Shown here in pieces: positions 47,196 to 55,050 of a stretch of DNA of 64,000 nt; within the stretch, counting starts at the first letter, position 1; every line of letters starts with the position of its first letter. Source of the DNA: a virus. Under the pieces are notes generated by a model. That model saw only the letters and a list, made by a program, of their open reading frames with translations. It did not search any database and was not told the origin of the DNA. The translations under genes were made by a program, and so were the position numbers. The stretch spans positions 1 through 64,000 of the IMG/VR virus record IMGVR_UViG_3300019927_000017; one strand, written 5' to 3'.

Positions 47196-48640
47196 GTCAA
47201 CGTCCCCTGCCCGCCGTCATCATCGTCGTCGTACATCCCGCCGCCGAAGGCTTCCTCTTCCTTCTCTTCCTGCTCTTCGACCTTCTGGTTCAGTTCGTTG
47301 GCTTCCTCTTCGGAGAGGTTCACCGTGTGGCCTTCGAACGGGTGCGTCACCAGCAGGCCCTCGCCTTCGAGGAACTGCTGTTCGTAGTCCATCGCTACCG
47401 GCTTCGGGTAGTGTTCGTGAACCAGTTCGCGGGTATCCTCGATGATGGTCGGCCAGTCGAGATTGACTTCGCGGCTCACCTGCTTGGCGAACTCGCTGGC
47501 GGCCCACTCGTGGGGAGTGACCGTCTTGTCAGGCCGGACGTAGCCCTTCGTCATCATGTTCTTCAGGGAAGAGCGAACGTCGGACGGCGTGATGTTCCAG
47601 CCCTTCGCCCGCATCTTGCTCTGCAACGTCCCTACGTCGAACTGCTGGCCGTAACTGCTACGGAGCAAGTCGAGAAGGGCGAAGTCTTTGTCCTGAAGGT
47701 TGAGCGCCGACAGCACCATCTTCTCGCCGAAGACCCGCATCCCCAGCCAAGCGTCGGCTGGCGTGACCAGCATCGTCACGTCGTTATCTATCCTGTTGTC
47801 ACCACTCCACATCTTCTGTGGGACTTCAATCCGGTCGTCGTAGTGGAACAGCGTGACCGTCTTCATGAAGTCCGAGAGCCGGGGGAAGTCCCGGCGAGCC
47901 TCGGTGAAGTGCTGTGGGAGCGGGTTCTGGTTGTCCATCGCGGGCATGATGGGGTTCAGGATGCCGCCGGGGTCGTTGTCCCCGTAGGTGTGCATCGGGA
48001 TGGACGCGACGTACTCCCGAATCTCTTCGGCGCGGTCTTCAGCGACCTGATAGTCGATGATGCCCGCTTCCTGCTTTGCCTGCCGGGTGTTGACCCGAGC
48101 GGTCAGACCCGCCGAGTCGTCAATCCCGAGGACGAGAGCGCGGTTTCGAACCTCGGGGTAGTCGTTGAGGTTGACCTGCTGATTGTCCGAAGCGAGGAAC
48201 AGAATCATGCAGTTCGGGGGGTGGAGCGTCTGCGGAACCTCCTGACGTTCCTCGCCGGTAACGTCGGTGTAGGTTCGAGTGATGCCCTCACCCTCGCCGT
48301 GGCTCTTCCACGTATCCTCAAGGTAGTCCTTCTTGATGGACGAGATGTCCTTGTGCCGGTGAACCGGACAGGAGTTAATCGTCTCGTGCATCTGGAAGAA
48401 GGAGGATTCTGTCATCGAAGTCGGGACTTCGAACACCCAGTTGTCGGGAACACAGTATTCTGCCGCGTAGACTACTGCGTCCTTCCCACCGGATGAAAGG
48501 CCCGTCATGATGACTGTCCCGCCACCGAAGAAGGACAGGAAGACGACGAGGTGAGTGTCTTCTTCACCTGCCAGACCCCAGTCCTTCCGTAGTTGCGAGA
48601 TTTCGTACAGCGTCGGATTGTCGAAGTTTTGGATGCTCAT
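47192..48640 (-). CDS. P-loop NTPase, candidate replicative helicase/ATPase
   Basis: Walker A-like MTGLSSGGKD, Walker B-like CMILFLASD. Adjacent to the primase gene. Box before the ATG. Confidence 0.65.
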   Translation of the reverse strand: MSIQNFDNPTLYEISQLRKDWGLAGEEDTHLVVFLSFFGGGTVIMTGLSSGGKDAVVYAAEYCVPDNWVFEVPTSMTESSFFQMHETINSCPVHRHKDISSIKKDYLEDTWKSHGEGEGITRTYTDVTGEERQEVPQTLHPPNCMILFLASDNQQVNLNDYPEVRNRALVLGIDDSAGLTARVNTRQAKQEAGIIDYQVAEDRAEEIREYVASIPMHTYGDNDPGGILNPIMPAMDNQNPLPQHFTEARRDFPRLSDFMKTVTLFHYDDRIEVPQKMWSGDNRIDNDVTMLVTPADAWLGMRVFGEKMVLSALNLQDKDFALLDLLRSSYGQQFDVGTLQSKMRAKGWNITPSDVRSSLKNMMTKGYVRPDKTVTPHEWAASEFAKQVSREVNLDWPTIIEDTRELVHEHYPKPVAMDYEQQFLEGEGLLVTHPFEGHTVNLSEEEANELNQKVEEQEEKEEEAFGGGMYDDDDDGGQGTLT

Positions 48641-48772
48641 AGGTTGTGTCTCGCCACTTCGCAGGCGGTCGCCGGGACGGGGGGAGCGTGTGAAACAGCC
48701 CCGTCCCTGAAGCGGCCTGCGAAGCGACGAAAATGGTCGTTGTTAGTTGCCGCGCTGTGCTACTCCGCTACG

Positions 48773-49015
48773 TCAGTCGTCGCCGAACGCTTCCTCTCGG
48801 ACGTACTCTTCGTGACGACGCATCGCCGCGTTCTCGGCGGCCTGCATCACGTCGTCCTGACAGTCTTCCCGCCAGTCTTCGAACTCGTCTCGGCTCAGTC
48901 CATCGGGGACTGTGTACGTCTGAGTGACGTGGGCCGAGACGGGTTCGTACTGGTCGAGTTGGATTTTCCGAGTCGCCGAGACTGTCAGTTCGTCCGGGGC
49001 AACGTGGTCGCTCAC
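48773..49015 (-). CDS. hypothetical protein (80 aa, GTG start)
   Basis: GTGA coupling to the upstream gene. The longer form is Arg-rich. Confidence 0.45.
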   Translation of the reverse strand: MSDHVAPDELTVSATRKIQLDQYEPVSAHVTQTYTVPDGLSRDEFEDWREDCQDDVMQAAENAAMRRHEEYVREEAFGDD

Positions 49016-49200
49016 GCAATCACCCCGAAGTGGGTGAGGAGCAGGTAGACGACGTAGACGCCACCTGCCAGCAGGGAGAGGGCGAGGAGAGCCACGAAGA
49101 CGAACCACGCCTTGAAGAACGTGAACAGTCCGTCTGCCTTCTCGCCTACGTCCATGTCCGAGCCGAAGTCTTCATCGAAGCCGCGCTGGTCGCGGTTCAT
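49012..49200 (-). CDS. small membrane protein (62 aa)
   Basis: TM helix FVFVALLALSLLAGGVYVVYLLL. Confidence 0.5.
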   Translation of the reverse strand: MNRDQRGFDEDFGSDMDVGEKADGLFTFFKAWFVFVALLALSLLAGGVYVVYLLLTHFGVIA

Positions 49201-49202
49201 CT

Positions 49203-50327
49203 CTACTCAGCCCGCTGGTTGGCCTCGTTCGCGGCGGCCTCCCAGTCGATGTCGTCGGCGTTGTCCACCTCGTCTTCGGCGAACGACCGAATCTCGTCGG
49301 CGGTCGTCTCGCCGTTGCGGGCCATGTAGTCGATGAGGTCGTCCAGTTTGTCGGGGACGTTGGCCGGAAGGCCACCCTTCTCGTCAGAGGCCATAGCAGG
49401 CTCGTCAGTCGTCTCCGTGGACTCCGTGTCCGTGGAGTCGGAGCCGCTGTCGGACATCGTGCCGCCGTCCGTGGCCTTGGCAGGCTGGCCGCTCTCGGCG
49501 TCGGCGTCGTCGCCATCACCGATGCCGTTGTCGATGGTGACGAAGTTGCCGGTCTTCACGTCCATGAGGTTCGGGACGGTGTAGGTCGTTTCCTCACCGT
49601 CGTCCCACTCGTTCGTCTCTTCCGTGACCCACAGTTCGAGGGAGCGGCCCTCCAGTTCGTCGCGGAGGGTCGGGTCTTCGGTGGTGAGCCACTCGTGGTT
49701 GTCGTACTTCGGGTTGTCACCACGCTCGTCGCCCGACTTGCCGTTGTCGTTGATGATGGAGTCGCCCTGTGACGTGAGTTTCTTGGCGAGAGTGCGAACC
49801 CACGACTTGTTCGACAGGAGCATCGAGGACTCGCCGACCTCGATGGCCGGTTCGTCCGTCGTCTCCACCGCGAGGTCGTCGTTCGTGGCGATGTCGCCCG
49901 CTTCCTCGATGACGACGCCGACCGGCTTGTAGAAGTAGTCGTCGCCGCCGAACGTCTCGCTGAAGCCAGCCACTCGCGGATGGTCGAGGATGTCCTGTGC
50001 AGACATCTCACCAGAGTAGCCGTCTTCTTCATCGAAGTTCTCGTAGACCAGCCCGTCTTCCGGGTTGAGGTTGAAGAACTTCCCAGCCGAGAACACTTTC
50101 CACGTATCGGGCTTGTCTTCTCGCTGGAAGACGATTCCGTCGATGACCTCGGTCGCGTCGAAGTTGGCGATGAACGAAGTCCCGTACTGCTGGTGGGAGT
50201 TCGCGTTGACGCCGGTCGGCTCCAGACGGAGCGCCGCGTACTTCTGGAGTTTGACCGTGGTGTCGTCGTAGTCGCCGCTGTTGTTGCCGCCGTTGCTACC
50301 GCCGTTGTTGCCGTTGTATCGTGACAT
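49203..50327 (-). CDS. acidic protein with N-terminal G/N-rich tract (possible ssDNA-binding role, unsupported)
   Basis: 374-aa ORF. Box variant before the ATG. Position in the replication module. Confidence 0.7.
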   Translation of the reverse strand: MSRYNGNNGGSNGGNNSGDYDDTTVKLQKYAALRLEPTGVNANSHQQYGTSFIANFDATEVIDGIVFQREDKPDTWKVFSAGKFFNLNPEDGLVYENFDEEDGYSGEMSAQDILDHPRVAGFSETFGGDDYFYKPVGVVIEEAGDIATNDDLAVETTDEPAIEVGESSMLLSNKSWVRTLAKKLTSQGDSIINDNGKSGDERGDNPKYDNHEWLTTEDPTLRDELEGRSLELWVTEETNEWDDGEETTYTVPNLMDVKTGNFVTIDNGIGDGDDADAESGQPAKATDGGTMSDSGSDSTDTESTETTDEPAMASDEKGGLPANVPDKLDDLIDYMARNGETTADEIRSFAEDEVDNADDIDWEAAANEANQRAE

Positions 50328-50402
50328 TGTAAGGTTGTGTCAAGTTCTCCGGGCCGCCACTTCGAGTGGGAACTTGCTACACTCAAAGTGTTGAGGCGCA
50401 CC

Positions 50403-50449
50403 GACTTGAGTCTTACGGTATGACTCTACTCGGACGCTTTGAGTCTTAG
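50403..50449. promoter_or_regulatory. GACTTGAGTC ... TTTGAGTCTTAG palindrome-family elements
   Basis: Intergenic, upstream of gene 49203..50327. Confidence 0.4.
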
Positions 50450-50455
50450 CCTCAA

Positions 50456-50496
50456 GGCCAGATGGAGGAGTCGAACCTCCTACCGCCGGTTCTGGC
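50456..50496 (-). ncRNA. acceptor-stem plus T-arm minihelix (truncated tRNA-like element)
   Basis: Minus strand GCCAGAA-ccggcggta-GGAGG-TTCGACT-CCTCC-ATCTGGC-C. No D arm or anticodon arm found. Confidence 0.25.
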
Positions 50497-50607
50497 GACT
50501 GCTCCGCAGGGAAGTTTACGCAGGCCCGCCCATCCGCGTGGGGAGCCTAATGGTCGGGAAGCCGGGGAACCGGACTGCTGGGTACGACCCCCGTGCCCCG
50601 TAGCAGG

Positions 50608-50751
50608 TCATGGCAACTCTCGGGACACAGTAGGGTCGTCAGCGATAAGGTCGCCGCGTGGTCGGCCACCGTCAGCCCGCAGGCTCTCCTTCCGGTCGTG
50701 GCACTTGCAGGAGCAATGCGCTCCGCAAGGCTCACACCGACACTCAGTCAT
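50608..50751 (-). CDS. small Cys-rich ORF (47 aa)
   Basis: MTECRCEPCGAHCSCKCH... 8-nt overlap with the upstream stop. Contains a reverse copy of the 16-mer. Confidence 0.35.
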   Translation of the reverse strand: MTECRCEPCGAHCSCKCHDRKESLRADGGRPRGDLIADDPTVSRELP

Positions 50752-51286
50752 CGTCCCCCTCGGCGCTGATGGTCGTCTCTTCGATGTTGACACCGCTGTC
50801 GGACTCGTCGGCGACCTTCTCGGTGTCTTCCTCCGAGTCGTCTTCTACTTCGTCTTCGGTCAGTTCTTCCTCCCAGTAGTCGTCAGGCTCGTCCATGGCG
50901 TCCCAGTCCACGACGAGGTTGCCAGCGGCGAACCGAACCGGCGCTTCCTCTCCGGCCAGTTCCTCCATCGTGTCGAAGGTCAGGCCGAACAGCCGGAGAA
51001 GTTGGTTGAACTGCTCCATCTCGTAGTCTTCGCCACGAGGCAGGTCGAAGACGAGCCGCTGGTCTTCACCGAACGGGCCGTCGTTGATGGGGACGACCAC
51101 CTTCGGGTCGTTGAAGAACTCGCCGCCCTGCTCGATTACATCAGGCTCGCCGAGCGTTGCCGTGAACTCCTGCTCCGCGAGGTCTTGGAACTCCTGTACT
51201 GCGGTTCGGATTGCGTCAGCCCCAGTCGGGCCGGTTGGTTCGTCGTCGTTGCTGAAGATGCCGAGGATTGCGCTGATGATTTGCAT
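50744..51286 (-). CDS. acidic hypothetical protein (180 aa)
   Basis: ORF track. Box variant GAGACATAACC before the ATG. Confidence 0.65.
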   Translation of the reverse strand: MQIISAILGIFSNDDEPTGPTGADAIRTAVQEFQDLAEQEFTATLGEPDVIEQGGEFFNDPKVVVPINDGPFGEDQRLVFDLPRGEDYEMEQFNQLLRLFGLTFDTMEELAGEEAPVRFAAGNLVVDWDAMDEPDDYWEEELTEDEVEDDSEEDTEKVADESDSGVNIEETTISAEGDDD

Positions 51287-51361
51287 TTTGAGGTTATGTC
51301 TCGCCGTTGGCGTCGTTGTGGTGAGGCGTCTCCGACCCGCAACGCCAGCAGGGTCGGCCCA

Positions 51362-51437
51362 TAGTCCCGGTGAGATTCGAACTCACGGTAACTCCGGTTC
51401 CAAAGACCGGCGCTTTTGGCCGCTTTGCTACGAGACT
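51362..51437 (-). tRNA. tRNA-Gln (anticodon UUG)
   Basis: AGTCTCG/CGGGACT acceptor stem with A discriminator, as in archaeal tRNA-Gln. Anticodon arm CCGGT-CTTTGGA-ACCGG. T arm GTGAG-TTCGAAT-CTCAC. Weak D stem and long variable loop. Confidence 0.7.
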
Positions 51438-51823
51438 AACTGCTTTTCAAGTTCACATTTTTCAATGCTACTATACTTCCGCCGCAACTCTGTTTTTGGA
51501 GCGTCTTTTTTCCATAACCAGTACACAGAGTCGGAATACTGGTCGTATAGAGCAAAGGCGTCAACGTCTTCATCAGAGTATTCTTCATCTCTGTTGTCGC
51601 CGGTAGCCCGGCGAATTTGACGCTGAAGATTTGCTCGGAACGTGTCGTCTCTCGACCCGTCCTTGTAGCCTCGCTTGACCTGAACCTTCACGAGGTCGCC
51701 CTCGATGTCGGCAATTAGGTCGTAGCGGTCTTCAAGAACCGGCTTCGAGACATTGAAGCCGAGTTCAAGAAGATTGGTTGCTACTATCTGTTCTGCTATC
51801 TCGCCGTTACGATTAGTGTCCAT
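51428..51823 (-). CDS. PD-(D/E)XK-type endonuclease-like protein
   Basis: GEIAEQIVATNLLELGF...RYDLIADIEGDLVKVQVK pattern. Trimmed to the ATG at 51823. Its last codons overlap the 5' end of tRNA-Gln. Confidence 0.55.
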   Translation of the reverse strand: MDTNRNGEIAEQIVATNLLELGFNVSKPVLEDRYDLIADIEGDLVKVQVKRGYKDGSRDDTFRANLQRQIRRATGDNRDEEYSDEDVDAFALYDQYSDSVYWLWKKDAPKTELRRKYSSIEKCELEKQLVS

Positions 51824-52256
51824 CTTCTTGAACTCCTTAAGGTAGCGTAGTACCTGATTCCCCCTATGACGTGGGGAGTCCACGGCGGGTTGTGAAGCCC
51901 ATACAGACCGTGGTGGATGCAATGTCGAACGAGTATGTTTCATCGCCCTCAACAACGACGCTTCATAATCTTCCTCCGGTCGGGGTTTTCATGGTAAGTA
52001 ATGTTATGTAACTACTGGCAATTTCTGGCAGTTCAACCCTATAAGCGGCGCGACTCTTATCGCCCCTAACCCCGCTGTCAGTCGCCCGGTCTACCGGACG
52101 GCCCACCTACACGGGTGCTTCGGTTAGGACTCAGTTCTATGGTTTTTCATCTTCCAATAGTTCGTTTTACGTCAGCCTCAAGGGGCTGGCATCCCGGTTG
52201 GACAAGAGGCGACGGTCGAGAAGTCCCGAGGGTTTCAGCCAGCGGGCCTTCTCGAA

Positions 52257-52324
52257 TGGAAGCGTGTGGAATTGAACCACCATCAGCGGCTCTCCGGCCT
52301 ACTGTTCTCCAGATTATCGCTTCC
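52257..52324 (-). tRNA. degenerate tRNA-like element / pseudo-tRNA (68 nt)
   Basis: Perfect 7-bp acceptor stem GGAAGCG/CGCTTCC and a T arm with TTCAATT loop. No foldable anticodon arm. Confidence 0.3.
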
Positions 52325-52561
52325 TCAAGTGACGCTCACCACACGCCACAGTTATTTGTCGCTTGATTGCTACCATACCCTCTGCGGTGGTTGTCCTGTT
52401 AGGGAGCCTGCTACTGGTACGGATAACCTACACCGGGCGACCACTCCGGCTGTTTTAACTGGTGGATTTGACTGCTGTTTCCTACTGGTCGCGGATTCCG
52501 ACGCCCCCGACCGTCAAGGGTCAGGGTCACGTCGGCTCCACCGGGGCGACCGCCCGGCTCA

Positions 52562-52635
52562 AGCAGGAACGTGGACTCGAACCACGGACTTGCTACTTAC
52601 GAAGTAGCCACTCTTCCGAACTGAGTTATTCCTGC
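52562..52635 (-). tRNA. tRNA-Thr (anticodon CGU)
   Basis: Clean cloverleaf: GCAGGAA acceptor, ACTC/GAGT D stem, GCTAC-TTCGTAA-GTAGC anticodon arm, CGTGG-TTCGAGT-CCACG T arm. Confidence 0.85.
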
Positions 52636-52891
52636 ACGAAAAGGAGGCGACCAAACCTCCCGTGTTCCCAACCGAAGTGGCGGGACACAACCTTCCGAGG
52701 AGTCAACCTCGGGCCTGACAGTACAGTCCTGACTCCCTTAAGTTTTGAGAGTCACGGGGAGAAAAGCCCCGGTTTCGCTATGGACTGTAAAGGGTGAGCG
52801 GCCCTCGGGTTTTCCGACCCCGGAATGGGTAGTCGAGGATGGGCGGTAGCCAGCATCATCGACCTCCCTACTACACTAAAGACGGTACAAT

Positions 52892-52915
52892 GACTTAAGT
52901 CTGGCGATTCAAGTC
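52892..52915. promoter_or_regulatory. paired palindromes GACTTAAGTC / GATTCAAGTC
   Basis: Spaced by 4 nt, in the intergenic region upstream of 53042. Confidence 0.45.
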
Positions 52916-53041
52916 TTAGGTTGTGGCCGGGTGCTACCCCTTATTCACCACTTGAACCCCTCTACACACCGGAAAAATGCAGTTAACGATGACAAGGACT
53001 TAAGGGGGTTCGCTTCTTGTCTTTGAACATAGGTGAATAGC

Positions 53042-53626
53042 ATGGCTAAGAAGACCAGCACCAAAACTAAAAAGCATAAGAATAACGAGAAAACTGTCAA
53101 GTGTCCCGCCGAAGGATGTGAAAAGGAAGTTCTCGCTCGTGGATTACATCTCCACGTCAGAAGGAGTAGCGGGAACGGTCACGGTGAACAAAATGAGATT
53201 CCAGACGACCTCGACCTCGATAACGCAGAGGAAGTCGGAACGCGAGAGGTCGAAATGAATTACCCCGAAGAGCGGGAGTCGGAGCAAGTCGCCCGGCTCT
53301 GTCCGTACTGCGAGCGTCCCTACCGAGGGAAGCACGGCGTCATGATTCACCTCGGTCAGGTCGCCGGTCGGAAGAATCATCCAGAAGATGCGCCGGAACG
53401 TCACGAACCCGACGACTTCGCCATCGTCCACGTTGACGAGAACGAGAACGTGGTCGAGGTAGTCGAGGAGCCGACCTCGATGCCTTCGACCGAACGTCGT
53501 CAGGAGCAGGAGGCCGAGGGCGGCTCTCTTGACGCTGACGAGGTTCGTGAATACATCGACGGCCTTCGGGAGCAAGGACTCGAAGAAGAGGCAGAGAGAG
53601 CCGAGCAGATGCTACTGAGCGATTGA
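53042..53626 (+). CDS. zinc-finger protein with basic N-terminus and acidic C-terminus
   Basis: CPAEGCEKEVLARGLHLHV and CPYCERPYRGKHGVMIHL (C2H2-like). ATG at 53042. Confidence 0.65.
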   Translation: MAKKTSTKTKKHKNNEKTVKCPAEGCEKEVLARGLHLHVRRSSGNGHGEQNEIPDDLDLDNAEEVGTREVEMNYPEERESEQVARLCPYCERPYRGKHGVMIHLGQVAGRKNHPEDAPERHEPDDFAIVHVDENENVVEVVEEPTSMPSTERRQEQEAEGGSLDADEVREYIDGLREQGLEEEAERAEQMLLSD

Positions 53627-54157
53627 CCACTCGTCTTCGAAGTACGACTGAGTGTATTTGAGTTCTGTTCCTCGGCGGTTGTCTTCTCGAATCATGTCAG
53701 CGAACTCCATCAGTTCGTAGAATCCCTCTTTGTTCCGGTGGAGTCCATCCTCCAGCCGAGGGACTATCTGTTCGAGCATGATGACGACCGGCTCGTACTT
53801 CGTCACGAGGTACGGAACCATCGGTTCGAGGAACCGCCGGATGCTGTCGGGGTTCTTGATGTGTAGTTCGTAACTTTGGCTGTCTCTGTCGGGGCCGTGG
53901 GACTTCTCGGAGATGCTGGTTCTGACTCCCAGTTCGTCGCAGTACGCCATCAGTTTCCCCATGATGGGGTCGCTGTCGTCCATCGGTCGGATGATTCTGA
54001 CGACTGCTTGGTACTGGTAGCCGATGCTGTACTTGTCGTTCTTCGAGACGTGGACAGTCACCGTGCCTACTGCATCGAGGACTCCGGCGAGGTGTGCTAT
54101 CTCGTTTTCTTCCACATCGGGGTTATCTTCGCCCCGAGGTTGTAGTTGTTGTGCCAT
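53612..54157 (-). CDS. LAGLIDADG-family homing endonuclease (single-motif)
   Basis: IAHLAGVLDAVGTVTV motif near the N-terminus. About 180 aa, free-standing. Its 3' end overlaps the convergent gene by 15 nt. Confidence 0.65.
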   Translation of the reverse strand: MAQQLQPRGEDNPDVEENEIAHLAGVLDAVGTVTVHVSKNDKYSIGYQYQAVVRIIRPMDDSDPIMGKLMAYCDELGVRTSISEKSHGPDRDSQSYELHIKNPDSIRRFLEPMVPYLVTKYEPVVIMLEQIVPRLEDGLHRNKEGFYELMEFADMIREDNRRGTELKYTQSYFEDEWSIAQ

Positions 54158-54314
54158 GCTTGTATGTCTCTTCTCGGAAGTCTTAAGTCATTGGGTCGTT
54201 TCTGTTCTGGTAAGTTCTCTCCGTAACGGAAGTCGTTGTCCACCGGGCATCGACGTGCTGGCTGTGGCGACAGGTCGAGGGTCGCCATGAAGGAACCGGG
54301 AGGCGGTAACGGTC

Positions 54315-54369
54315 GAGTCTGTAAGACTCAAGTCGGCAGATTTAAGTCCTTCGAGCGTCTTTAGTTTAA
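54315..54369 (+). promoter_or_regulatory. operator-promoter cassette (GAGTC..GACTCAAGTC..TTTAAGTCC then TTTAGTTTAA)
   Basis: About 40 nt nearly identical to the cassette at 44426-44497 on the opposite strand. Confidence 0.5.
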
Positions 54370-54437
54370 CGAGGGCAGGTTTCTCCTCGGATGTTCACTT
54401 CGGTAGTTCACCCTACGGGAGTAACAACTGTACTATA

Positions 54438-54494
54438 CAGCAGTACAACAAGCGACCTTATCGCTGTTAACATCACTTGTTTACTCTGTATAGT
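54438..54494 (+). repeat. leader repeat copy 3
   Basis: CAGCAGTACAACAAGCGACCTTATCGCTGTTAACA... flanked by the inverted repeat ACTATACAG/CTGTATAGT. Confidence 0.8.
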
Positions 54495-54564
54495 TCCCCA
54501 GTAAGGCCCCCTGTATGGGGCCGGTTGTTCTTCATCCTGAGTTGCGCCTGTCTGTAATCTCTCA

Positions 54565-55050
54565 ATGGAACATACAGAAGAACGCGAGCCGCCCGATGTC
54601 ATGACCAGCGACACGAATAACGCAACGAAAGTTCAACCGAAGGACGCTCCACCTCACAAGCGAGAGAAGTTCCGACGCTTCAAAGCCTACAATCGCGGGA
54701 CGTGGAACGGCCCGAAGCGGGAAAACAAGGAGGTAATCCGCCGTCAGGATGACCTTCACCGCTTCGACTCCATCTCTTCAGCCCTGAATCTGAACGCTCG
54801 TCAGAAGAGTCAGGGCCGGAAGATGCTCGATAACATCGAAGTCACGAAGAAAGGCATCGGTGTTGATGTCGTCATCTTCGGCATCTGTGCGATTGTAGCG
54901 AACGCAGATGTCCCTGACGGGAGCCGGTACTATCCACATCCCGAAGCGACCGGCGATGATGACTTCGAGAAGGTCGCCGATTCGCTCGGCTTCGACCGCC
55001 ACGACCAGATTTCAGCCATCGAAAAAGTCCGAGCGAAGTGTAACCTCTGA
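54565..55050 (+). CDS. hypothetical protein, possible cyclin/TFIIB-like fold
   Basis: ISSALNLNARQKSQGRKMLDNI...GVDVVIFGICAIVAN resembles a TFB core repeat. Weak evidence. Confidence 0.55.
   Translation: MEHTEEREPPDVMTSDTNNATKVQPKDAPPHKREKFRRFKAYNRGTWNGPKRENKEVIRRQDDLHRFDSISSALNLNARQKSQGRKMLDNIEVTKKGIGVDVVIFGICAIVANADVPDGSRYYPHPEATGDDDFEKVADSLGFDRHDQISAIEKVRAKCNL

Noticed and set aside
50462-51364. 300-aa plus-strand ORF spanning the minihelix, the Cys-rich ORF and gene 50744..51286.
   Set aside because: It is antisense to well-supported minus-strand genes, and its translation is Arg/Pro/Gly-rich.
52325-52561. Additional canonical tRNA between the pseudo-tRNA and tRNA-Thr.
   Set aside because: I tried several acceptor and T-arm pairings on both strands. 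None gave a cloverleaf, so the region is left as unexplained structured spacer.
54391-54504. 37-aa ORF starting at the predicted transcription start and reading through leader repeat copy 3.
   Set aside because: The other two repeat copies differ by indels that destroy the frame, so the conserved unit is nucleic acid rather than peptide.
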